A DNA stretch of 64,000 nucleotides from an uncultured Conexibacteraceae bacterium (GTDB lineage Bacteria > Actinomycetota > Thermoleophilia > Solirubrobacterales > Solirubrobacteraceae), in NCBI GenBank assembly GCA_963848435.1, contig CAWKDQ010000011.1, positions 580,418 to 644,417 of the forward strand. The letters are read 5' to 3'. The stretch's first letter is position 1. Every line of letters starts with the position of its first letter. The notes below the pieces were generated by a model. That model saw only the letters and a program-made list of their open reading frames with translations. It did not search any database and had not been told where the DNA came from. Positions 37,388 to 45,439 of the stretch are shown here, in pieces. A program made the position numbers and the translations under genes.

Positions 37388-38497
37388 GTGTTGGTAACAA
37401 GGTCACGGCTCGGTCCCGGTCACTCCGCGCCCGCAGCGGGCGACGGCGACAACGACCGCTCCACCGCATCTGGCGGTGTGCGATTGCCGGCACCGCGGCC
37501 GATTCCCCTCAGCCTGTTCGGCATCCCGTTCGGGATCGCCGGGTTGGCGACCGCGTGGGCCTATGCCGCGAAGCGAGGGCTCGCCACACCAGACATCCGT
37601 GACGGCCTCAGCATCGTCGGTGCCGTCGTTTGGTTCGGGCTGCTCCTCGCGTATCTGCGCGGCGCCGGCCGCCGGCCATGGCGCGCCGTCGCCGCCAACC
37701 TCAGCGACCCGACGCTCGGGCCGTTCGGAGCACTGGTGCTCATCGTCCCCATCGTGCTGACCCTCGATGGGCTGCTCCCGCACGAGCCAAGCCTGGCCCG
37801 CACCATCATCGCGATCCTCATCGGCGGGCTCGTGGCCCTCGGCTCCTGGTTCATCGGTCAATGGATGTACCGGCCCACGAGCATTGAGAAGCTCCATCCG
37901 GGCTACTTCCTGCCGACCGTCGCTGGTGGACTCATCGGCGCGGCCGCCGCGGCGGCGTGCGGTTACACGAGCCTCGCGTACCTGTTGTTCGGTAGCGGCC
38001 TGATCTTCTGGTGGATCTTGGGCTCGATGATCCTCAGCCGCCTGTTCTTTGCCCCCACGCTGGCCCCGGCGTTGATCCCGACGATGGCGATTCAGCTCGC
38101 GCCTGCCCCGGTCGCGACCATCGCCTATCTGAGCTTCACGCACGACCACATCGACGCTGTTGCGAGCGCCCTCGGCGGCTACGCGTTGGTGATGGTCCTG
38201 GCCCAACTGCCGCTCCTGCCCGCCTATCGGCGGCAGATGTTCGCCCCAAGCTTCTGGGCTTTCACCTTCTCGTGGGCGATCGTGGCTACGGCGGGTCTGC
38301 ACTGGCTCGCGGACGAGCATCCCGTTGGCTGGCGCGCCTACTCCTATGCCGTGCTCGCCGCAATCAGTTTGCTCGTGGTGGCGATCGCCGCGCGCTCTGC
38401 GGTGGCGATCCATCGTGGAGACTTTCTGCCGCCGCCTATGGTCGGTGCATCAACGACGGTCATCGCTGACACCACTCCAGAAACGAGGCCCTCATGA
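37388..38497 (+). CDS. TehA/SLAC1 (TDT) family anion/tellurite-resistance-type transporter; start uncertain
   Basis: About 10 TM segments: PLSLFGIPFGIAGLATAW ... HPGYFLPTVAGGL ... Candidate GTG starts at 37388 and 37478. Confidence 0.72.
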   Translation: MLVTRSRLGPGHSAPAAGDGDNDRSTASGGVRLPAPRPIPLSLFGIPFGIAGLATAWAYAAKRGLATPDIRDGLSIVGAVVWFGLLLAYLRGAGRRPWRAVAANLSDPTLGPFGALVLIVPIVLTLDGLLPHEPSLARTIIAILIGGLVALGSWFIGQWMYRPTSIEKLHPGYFLPTVAGGLIGAAAAAACGYTSLAYLLFGSGLIFWWILGSMILSRLFFAPTLAPALIPTMAIQLAPAPVATIAYLSFTHDHIDAVASALGGYALVMVLAQLPLLPAYRRQMFAPSFWAFTFSWAIVATAGLHWLADEHPVGWRAYSYAVLAAISLLVVAIAARSAVAIHRGDFLPPPMVGASTTVIADTTPETRPS

Positions 38498-38677
38498 GCA
38501 TCGCGATCAGCCCCCCACCTCCCAGCATGTGATCACCGACTTCCTCGAACGTCTGGCTCAGGCGCACCGGGATTCATGCGGTCGTCGGCGCGGCGCTCGC
38601 CGAGCGCAGGTTTCGGCAACGCCGGCCCGGCCTACAAAAGCCATCCGTGAACAACCACAACCACAGGAGGAATCCCG

Positions 38678-39181
38678 ATGACGAGTTCGACGCCGACATC
38701 ACATGTCCCGGCACTTCAGGAGCCGCACGCGCGCGACGAGGCCGGCCAGCAGCTCCAGAGTCTGCTGGTCGAGCTGCTCGACCTGGCCGCGCTCGGCAAG
38801 CATCTGCACTGGAACGTCGTTGGATCACACTTCCGATCGCTGCACCTGCAACTCGACGAATTGGTCGACTCCTGGCGGGATCTCGCTGACACAGTGGCCG
38901 AGCGGGAGGCGATGCTCGGTATCGCCCCGGACGGACAAAGTGGGACGGTCGCCGCCGAGACGCCACTGCGGGGGGTGGAGCGCGGGTCGCTCGAGGACCA
39001 CGTCGTCGTGCGTGAACTAACCCACCGACTGGCCGAGGTAGCCGAGCGCGCCCGCGAGCGCATAGATCCGATGGGCGAGCTCGACGCCGCCACCCAGGAT
39101 GTGCTAATCGAGGTCGTGCGCGTGCTCGAGGAGCAACTGTGGATGGTCCGGGTCCAGGCCCCCACCACACGCGAGCACTGA
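38678..39181 (+). CDS. dps: Dps-family DNA-protection / ferritin-like protein
   Basis: LDLAALGKHLHWNVVGSHFRSLHLQLDEL ferroxidase-site context. Confidence 0.9.
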   Translation: MTSSTPTSHVPALQEPHARDEAGQQLQSLLVELLDLAALGKHLHWNVVGSHFRSLHLQLDELVDSWRDLADTVAEREAMLGIAPDGQSGTVAAETPLRGVERGSLEDHVVVRELTHRLAEVAERARERIDPMGELDAATQDVLIEVVRVLEEQLWMVRVQAPTTREH

Positions 39182-39528
39182 CCGCTCCACCCAGGCCACG
39201 AAGCGCATTGAGCCTCCGGGAGCAAGTCCGCTATAGCGTCACCGCACGAGCCCACCCACACCCCCCACGAAACCCGAAAGCAGGTCTCGACCGACCTCCT
39301 CGACAAAGGGCAGCCGAGCGAACATAGCGCCGAACGGCGCCTGGCAGAGCGGAGGTCGCCGGGATTTCGCTTTGTACTCCGCGGACCCCTCCACGTCAGC
39401 GAATGCTTGGCTATTTGGTCGTCGATCAATTCGTGACGCTCGGCTGGTCCTGACTGGTCCAGGAGTCCCAATGCCGGTGCGGCGAGCGATGCCCGACGCC
39501 GGGTCCACGACAGTTGACAACTTCCCCT

Positions 39529-39558
39529 AGGATACCTCGCTCGCGAGCGAGGTATCCT
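39529..39558. promoter_or_regulatory. Candidate oriT or MobC operator: perfect 30-bp palindrome
   Basis: aggatacctcgctcgcgagcgaggtatcct, followed by nested inverted repeats (cctcagg/cctgagg and tgtgc/gcaca) up to about 39599. Lies 107 bp upstream of mobC. Confidence 0.4.
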
Positions 39559-39664
39559 CAGGAGTGTGCTGCACTTCGTTCATGCACAATCCTGAGGCCT
39601 CGCCCCTTCGGGGAAAGCCAACGGCGCACGCCGCCCCAGCGACGGGACGAGACGCAACCGCGCG

Positions 39665-39988
39665 ATGCAGTTGAAGCTCAGCGAAAGTGAGCTTGAGCAA
39701 CTGCGAGCATTGGCCGACCAGCGTGGTCTGAGCATGCAGAGGTTTCTGCTGGAAGGAGCGTTGAAGGGCTCGGCTTGGGAAAGGGACAACGTGCCGGTTG
39801 ACGTGACCGTGCATGAACTCTCCTCGTTGCAGCGAGATGTGGCGAGAATAGGCGCGAATGTGAACCAGCTCGCTCGCTACGCACACACCGAGCGAGAGCT
39901 GGCCGACGTGAGCGGTGCGCGTCGAGCGATCACTGACACGATGCGTTCGATTGAGGACTTCATCGACGGGATGCAGCGCAGGCAATGA
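39665..39988 (+). CDS. mobC: MobC-family relaxosome accessory protein
   Basis: RHH-like N-terminus (LSESELEQLRALADQRGLSMQRF) and GANVNQLAR motif. ATGA overlap with the relaxase gene. Confidence 0.8.
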   Translation: MQLKLSESELEQLRALADQRGLSMQRFLLEGALKGSAWERDNVPVDVTVHELSSLQRDVARIGANVNQLARYAHTERELADVSGARRAITDTMRSIEDFIDGMQRRQ

Positions 39989-41865
39989 TCGGGAAGTCGG
40001 TCAAAGGGAGCTCAGCCGGTGGGCTGGTCGCCTACTTGGCCGGACCCGGAAAAGCGAACGAGCATGAGAGCCCCGAGCTAGTTGTCGGGAGCTTCGACGT
40101 TGAGCTGCTGATGAGCGACGTCGGCCGAGACCTGACGAGTGAGAAGGCCCGGATCGGGCTCGCCAGAGCGTTGAACTCGCCGGCGAAGCGATTCGGGAAA
40201 GAGGCGACGATGAACCTCTGGCATGTGCCGATCAGTTGCCCGCCAGGAGAGCAGCCGACACTCGATGAGTGGCGGCTGGCTGCGTTCTCGATGGTCGAGA
40301 AGCTACGCGTTGACGAGGGCTACCGCTGGGCGCTGGTGAAGCACGGCGCGAACCGTGACGGACTTGACCATGCGCACCTGGTCATCCAGCGGACCCACAC
40401 CGAGACCGGGAAGCTCGCGAGCGTTGCCTACGACTTCAAGCGCGTGAACGCCGCAACGGAGCTGACAGCGCGAGAGTTAGGCCTGACTGAGTTGGCTGAG
40501 CAGCAGCACTTCCTACCCAAGAGCCAGCAGCGCACCGACCTAGAGCCGCGTGAGCTGAGCGGCCGGGTAGAGCGCATCCACTTGAAGATCACCGAGGCGC
40601 TTGAGCACTCGGACGGCACGACGGCCGGCTTTCAGGCGCAGCTCACCGCACGCGGGATCAAGCCGCGAGCGGTGAGCCATGGCGATCGCGCAGGGTACGC
40701 GTTTGCGGAAGTCGACCGCGCCGACGTGTGGCTGACCGGCAAGCAGGCCCGCTGGACCCCGGAAGTGTTGCGGGCCGCAGTCATCGAGCGCCGCCAAGAG
40801 GTCACCGCAGAAAAAGTCGCTCAGGATCGTGAGCAGCAAAGACTCGAGGTCCGTGACGTGTCGCCGGCGGCCGGCAGCAGCATGTCGCAGCAGTCCCTGG
40901 TGCCGGACCTCGGACGGGTCAAGGAGTTTCAGGCGGTCAATTCTGCGGCGGCCGACGCCTACACGCAGGCGAAGTCGACCATTGCCCAGCTCGACCAGCA
41001 GCTCGACGACGTCCAAGACCAGGCCTACGACCTGGAACACACCGCCCGCGAGGTCGAGAACGAGTGGACAGCCGCCCGCGGCAAAGCAACGATGGTCGAC
41101 CTGGGCCGCGTGCAGCGAGCCCGCGAGCTGATCGAGCGCCGCCAGCAGCTCGTTCGCCTTGAGCGCCAGGTGACGCAACTCGTAGCCAAGCGGCCCGAGG
41201 GCCTTGGTCGACGCGAGTACAAGCGCGAGGTCGAGCAGGCCACCGAGCAGCTTGAGGCCCGCCGCCAGCAGCACTACCGCGCTGAACGGTCCTTCGCGGA
41301 CAGCAAGGAGTGGCGGCCAAACTCCCCGATCTACGGTGCCCAAGACCCCTCACAGGTGATCGAGTTGGCAGACACAGCCGCGGCCGCGGCCATCGAACGC
41401 CAGGAGCAGGCGCATAACGCGGCGGCCCAGGCCCGCGGCGCACGTCGCGAAGTGGAGCGCCTCACCGAAGCCCGCAAGACCGCGCAGCAGACCGCGGCGC
41501 AAACCTGGGGCGAATGGGTCCAGGCTTCCCGCGAGCTGGCGATCCAGCAATACCGCCAGGAGCCGACCGCCGAGAACTTGGCCGAGGCCGCCCGCGTCGA
41601 AGTCCTCACCCGCCCCACGTGGGCACAACGCGACGTGGCCGGGACCGGCACGACCGCCGACGCGCTGCGCCAGGAGCTCGCTGCCGCGAGGATCAGCGCC
41701 GGGATCACCGACCCTGACGCCTCAAGCGCCGAGATCCTCACCGGTGAGCTGCGCCACCGAATCACGCAGCACCACGACGAGCTGGCGAGACAGCCATCCT
41801 ACGAACCGGCCCGCGCCCGCCCCAACACCAACGACCAGGGCGCGGACGGCGGCATCGAGCGGTAA
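39985..41865 (+). CDS. Relaxase / mobilisation nuclease (MobA/VirD2 family) with a long coiled-coil C-terminal half
   Basis: N-terminus MIGKSVKGSSAGGLVAYLAGPGK and histidine-cluster context DGLDHAHLVIQR. About 350 aa at the C-terminus are rich in Q, E, A and R. Confidence 0.85.
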   Translation: MIGKSVKGSSAGGLVAYLAGPGKANEHESPELVVGSFDVELLMSDVGRDLTSEKARIGLARALNSPAKRFGKEATMNLWHVPISCPPGEQPTLDEWRLAAFSMVEKLRVDEGYRWALVKHGANRDGLDHAHLVIQRTHTETGKLASVAYDFKRVNAATELTARELGLTELAEQQHFLPKSQQRTDLEPRELSGRVERIHLKITEALEHSDGTTAGFQAQLTARGIKPRAVSHGDRAGYAFAEVDRADVWLTGKQARWTPEVLRAAVIERRQEVTAEKVAQDREQQRLEVRDVSPAAGSSMSQQSLVPDLGRVKEFQAVNSAAADAYTQAKSTIAQLDQQLDDVQDQAYDLEHTAREVENEWTAARGKATMVDLGRVQRARELIERRQQLVRLERQVTQLVAKRPEGLGRREYKREVEQATEQLEARRQQHYRAERSFADSKEWRPNSPIYGAQDPSQVIELADTAAAAAIERQEQAHNAAAQARGARREVERLTEARKTAQQTAAQTWGEWVQASRELAIQQYRQEPTAENLAEAARVEVLTRPTWAQRDVAGTGTTADALRQELAAARISAGITDPDASSAEILTGELRHRITQHHDELARQPSYEPARARPNTNDQGADGGIER

Positions 41866-42009
41866 CGATGAGCGACTACTGCCAGCTCTGTAGGGCGAGG
41901 CATAGGGTGGTTTCTGTTCGCGCGGCCCGTCATGCGCAGGGCGCGTCTCTCGGTCTGTCGGCTCTGTCAGCTCACCTTCGGGCCTGAAGCGCCCGGTATC
42001 ATTGTGCGC

Positions 42010-42198
42010 ATGGCAAGAGGAACTCAACACGCGTCACCAACTCCCTCCCCGACGCTTCGCCGGCTCGCGACTACGCGCGGAGTGAAGCTTCCGTCGCGGC
42101 GGCTCACAGACGTCCTTGCCGACCGCGGGCCGCTGCGCGGAACCGTCACCGACGCCGGCACCCGCGCGGTTGAGCAGCAGCGCGGCGAGCGTGCCTGA
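42010..42198 (+). CDS. Putative antitoxin partner of the downstream PIN toxin
   Basis: Small ORF (MARGTQHASPTP...) whose stop overlaps the GTG start of the PIN gene. No strong motif recognised. Confidence 0.45.
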   Translation: MARGTQHASPTPSPTLRRLATTRGVKLPSRRLTDVLADRGPLRGTVTDAGTRAVEQQRGERA

Positions 42199-42631
42199 CG
42201 CCGCGCCGGGCGTCGTCTACATCGACACCTCCGCTCTAGTCAAGCTCGTGGTTCGCGAAGCCGAGAGCGACGCGCTCGAACATGCGCTTCCAGACTTTGG
42301 CGAATTCGCGACGAGCGCAATCACCTCAATCGAATTGGCTCGCGCAGTGGCGCGAGCACGAGCAGACGGGACCGCCGAGATCGCAGACGACTACGCAATT
42401 CTCGCGCTACTCGCCGCGCTGGCGGAGATCCCCCTCGACATCGACGTCCGCTCCACAGCAGCTTCGCTCACACCGATCGAGTTGCGAACGCTCGACGCGA
42501 TCCATCTCGCCTCGGCGATGACGCTCGGAGACGACCTCACGGCTGTTCTCGCCTACGACAAGCGTATGCAAGACGCCGCGCGCAGCCGAGGGATCTCCGT
42601 CCTCGCTCCGGGCTCTGACTCATCCGGTTGA
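42191..42631 (+). CDS. PIN-domain toxin (VapC-like)
   Basis: VVYIDTSALVKLV ... TSAITSIELARA ... LRTLDAIHLASA ... AYDKRMQDAA (acidic PIN residues in the expected order). GTG at 42191. Confidence 0.8.
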   Translation: MPDAAPGVVYIDTSALVKLVVREAESDALEHALPDFGEFATSAITSIELARAVARARADGTAEIADDYAILALLAALAEIPLDIDVRSTAASLTPIELRTLDAIHLASAMTLGDDLTAVLAYDKRMQDAARSRGISVLAPGSDSSG

Positions 42632-42703
42632 TTCCCAAGTGAAACGTCGCGCCGGGCTGCCGCCACTGCCATAGCCGAATCGCGAGGCGCTTCAAGGAGG
42701 GTG

Positions 42704-43495
42704 CTACTGGGGACGCAGCTCTGGCGGCTCGACGGCAGGTGTCTTACTGCGACGTCGATACTGGCGTTGCGCCTCCGCCCTGGCGCACTTCGGGGAGCAA
42801 TACCTGACTCCCTTGTTGCGATGCCAGTTTCCAGTGCCGCCGAGCTGATACACGAACATCTGCTGGCACTTCGCATTCTCGCAACGACGAGGGGTGACAT
42901 CCTTGGTCACCATGTAGTTGAAAAGCTGCTGACATCCGGCCGTGAAGAGGTCAAAGGCCGCCCTGTCGGCGGGGTCCCCAAAACGTGCGCCGGGCGTCCA
43001 GATTTGCAGCCCGCTGTTCAGAACCGTCGCGAATGCCCGCCACACGTCGAAGCCGACTCCGAAATCGATCGATGGGTCGCCCGTGATGAAGCCCTCGTCT
43101 GCCCAGTACCCAAGAGGATCTCGGTTCGAGCAAGCGCAGATCCAGGTGTTTACTAGCGCGCGGAGTGCTTTGAGGCACCAGCGCGCGTCTTCCACGCTGC
43201 AGAACGGCTCCCATCCGACATCGAGCGACCGGAGGTGACGATGGCGCTCGGCAGGGATGATGGCCCGGTCGAGTTCGTTCCTCGGCCACGCCGGCGACCA
43301 AAGCCATGGGAAGCGGTCGAGCAGCGCTTGAACCTCAACGTCACGGTCGAGGTTGAGCTTGAACAGATCGCGCATGATCCACTCCGACGGCAAAGGTGCA
43401 CTACCACCCTCGACCTGTAGGTCCCGCACGTGGACCAGAGGCAGGATCGGCGAAGACGGCCACAGCGTGATAGGAATTGAAGATGAAGTCATCAC
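42704..43495 (-). CDS. Hypothetical protein with a C-terminal CGNR-like zinc finger
   Basis: C-terminus RRCENAKCQQMFVYQ...VRYCSPKCARAEAQRQYRRR (C-x4-C ... C-x3-C plus a basic tail). Confidence 0.6.
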   Translation of the reverse strand: MMTSSSIPITLWPSSPILPLVHVRDLQVEGGSAPLPSEWIMRDLFKLNLDRDVEVQALLDRFPWLWSPAWPRNELDRAIIPAERHRHLRSLDVGWEPFCSVEDARWCLKALRALVNTWICACSNRDPLGYWADEGFITGDPSIDFGVGFDVWRAFATVLNSGLQIWTPGARFGDPADRAAFDLFTAGCQQLFNYMVTKDVTPRRCENAKCQQMFVYQLGGTGNWHRNKGVRYCSPKCARAEAQRQYRRRSKTPAVEPPELRPQ

Positions 43496-43526
43496 GCGAA
43501 TCAGTATCGCACGGTACCGTTCTGTT

Positions 43527-43958
43527 ATGGCCGTCCGTGCCCACGATGCGCATCAAGCAGGGAGTTCGCCAGTTGCGGTCGATCAGCTGACGGATCCGTT
43601 GTTGATAGCCGCGAAAGCCCTTTCTGATGCCGCAGCCCGGTTTGAGCGCCTCGAACGGCGGCTGGCTGCAATGCTGGCTGCAATAGAGGACACGGGCGTG
43701 CATGCCGAGAAGCGACTCACAGTGGCCGCCGCCGCCGAATATGCATCGGTACACCCAGAAACCATTCGGCGAGCGATCCGCGACGGTCGCCTCGAGGTGG
43801 CGGTCCGGGCTGGCAAAACGTTACGGCTCACACAGGGGGCGGTCGACGCTTGGCTCGGGGACTCGCCGGCCTCCAAGAGCGAAACGGCCCGTTCGGCGCG
43901 CCCACGCCGCCGCAGGGCCACGACCGATGATCTGGCGGAAGCATTCGGGGTACGCTAA
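43527..43958 (+). CDS. xis: Excisionase-family HTH DNA-binding protein
   Basis: LTVAAAAEYASVHPETIRRAIRDGRLEV...LTQGAVDAWL. Lies directly upstream of int. ATG at 43527. Confidence 0.7.
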   Translation: MAVRAHDAHQAGSSPVAVDQLTDPLLIAAKALSDAAARFERLERRLAAMLAAIEDTGVHAEKRLTVAAAAEYASVHPETIRRAIRDGRLEVAVRAGKTLRLTQGAVDAWLGDSPASKSETARSARPRRRRATTDDLAEAFGVR

Positions 43959-43961
43959 AGC

Positions 43962-45155
43962 GTGGCCGCGATCGAGAAGCGCGTAAGCAAGTCGGGCGCG
44001 GTGAGCTGGCGAGTCCGCTGGCGTCACGCCGGCCAGAAGCGCTCCCAGACCTTCGATCGCCTCTCCGACGCCCGGAACTTTGCCGCCGACGTCCGGCTCC
44101 GCCAGCAGCGCGGCCAGCTGGACATCTTGGACCGAGGCGAGATCAATCTCCGCGAATACATCGTCGAGGTTTGGGCTCCAACCAAGCGACCTGAACTCGG
44201 ACTGGCGACACGTCAGCACTACCACCAGCTGATCAAGAAGCACATCGAGCCTTTCCTCGGGACCTACAGCCTCCGAGATCTCAAACCCGAGACGATCCGG
44301 CGCTGGCAAGCTGAGCGCATCAGCGACGACGCGGGCGCCGAGTCACTCCGCAAGGCGAGGACACTGCTCGGCAGCATCCTTCAACAGGCTGTCGACGGCG
44401 AGTACATCGCCGCGAATCCAGTTCGAGCGGTCAGGCCCTCCAAACGACCCCGGGCAACTGTTGTGAGACCGATCGCCCCACAAGACGTCGAAGCACTGCG
44501 GATCGCTGCCCTGCATCCGTCCGGCATCGAGGTCCAAGCGGCGCGTCCTGGTCAGCGGCAGCGCGCCGCATACGCTGCGGCCGCTCCGGGAACGGCATAT
44601 ACCCGCCACCGCGATGCGACCATGATCTCGGTCCTCGCCTACGCCGGACTACGCCCGCAGGAAGCGTTGACGCTGCAGTGGGAACACGTACAGGATCGCA
44701 CGATCCTGGTCTACGCGCCGAATACCGACACAACGCGGAGCGTCCGCCTACTTCCACCGCTCGCAACCGACCTGCTCGAGTTCAGGATGGCGTCGGGTCG
44801 ACCCGACGGAGACGCTCTGATCTTCCCGGACAGCGACGGCGAGGTCTGGTCGAAAGGCACATGGGATAACTGGCGCAAACGCACCTTCGCTCGCATGCTC
44901 AAAGACGCGGGCCTTGGACCCGCGCGGCCATACGACCTGCGGCACAGCTTCGCAAGCCTCCTCGCGCACGAGGGTCGGCAGGCGGCCTACATCGCGAAGC
45001 AGCTTGGTCACTCTGTACTGATAAGCCACCGCGTGTACGAGCACGTCATCGACGAGCTCGAGGATGCTCCGCAAATCAGCGCGGCAGACGCCATCGCTGA
45101 GGCACGTGCTGGCGCGCCGTTGGACCGTCGAGCTCGCGCCCAATATTCGGCCTGA
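43962..45155 (+). CDS. int: Tyrosine-type site-specific integrase
   Basis: SAM-like N-terminal domain. Catalytic residues are visible in YAGLRPQEAL (R), DLRHSFASLL (HxxR), QLGHS and RVYEHV (Y). Confidence 0.92.
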   Translation: MAAIEKRVSKSGAVSWRVRWRHAGQKRSQTFDRLSDARNFAADVRLRQQRGQLDILDRGEINLREYIVEVWAPTKRPELGLATRQHYHQLIKKHIEPFLGTYSLRDLKPETIRRWQAERISDDAGAESLRKARTLLGSILQQAVDGEYIAANPVRAVRPSKRPRATVVRPIAPQDVEALRIAALHPSGIEVQAARPGQRQRAAYAAAAPGTAYTRHRDATMISVLAYAGLRPQEALTLQWEHVQDRTILVYAPNTDTTRSVRLLPPLATDLLEFRMASGRPDGDALIFPDSDGEVWSKGTWDNWRKRTFARMLKDAGLGPARPYDLRHSFASLLAHEGRQAAYIAKQLGHSVLISHRVYEHVIDELEDAPQISAADAIAEARAGAPLDRRARAQYSA

Positions 45156-45333
45156 CGGGCACTCGTCTACCGTATGGCAAGAGATGCCCATCGACAGACG
45201 CGCTCTCATGGGGCTCTCATGGGGCCAAGCGTCCGTGTAACTCAGTCGCCTGCGGTCGTGTCACACCGGCCAAACCCCTTGAATTGCCGGGATTCAACTC
45301 GCCTCCTGGACACCCCTGCGACCGCGGATTCAC

Positions 45334-45378
45334 CCTTTCACGCAGGAGATCGCCGGTTCGATTCCGGCTGGGGGTACT
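45334..45378. repeat. attR of the tRNA-Glu element: displaced 3' part of tRNA-Glu
   Basis: Identical to 27583..27627. The upstream sequence has no tRNA 5' half. Confidence 0.9.
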
Positions 45379-45439
45379 ACTCCCGCTACGGCGGCGCCGC
45401 GGTCGCACTGCCAAATCGTGGAACATCACCGGTACGTAA

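Larger units (their letters stand above)
27583..45378. mobile_element. About 17.8-kb integrative mobilizable element in tRNA-Glu (int, xis, mobC, relaxase; no conjugative pore genes)
   Basis: Perfect 45-bp direct repeats. A tyrosine recombinase and an excisionase sit next to the distal repeat. A MobC plus relaxase pair lies behind an upstream 30-bp palindrome. Also carries a TA pair and three decayed genes. Confidence 0.8.
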
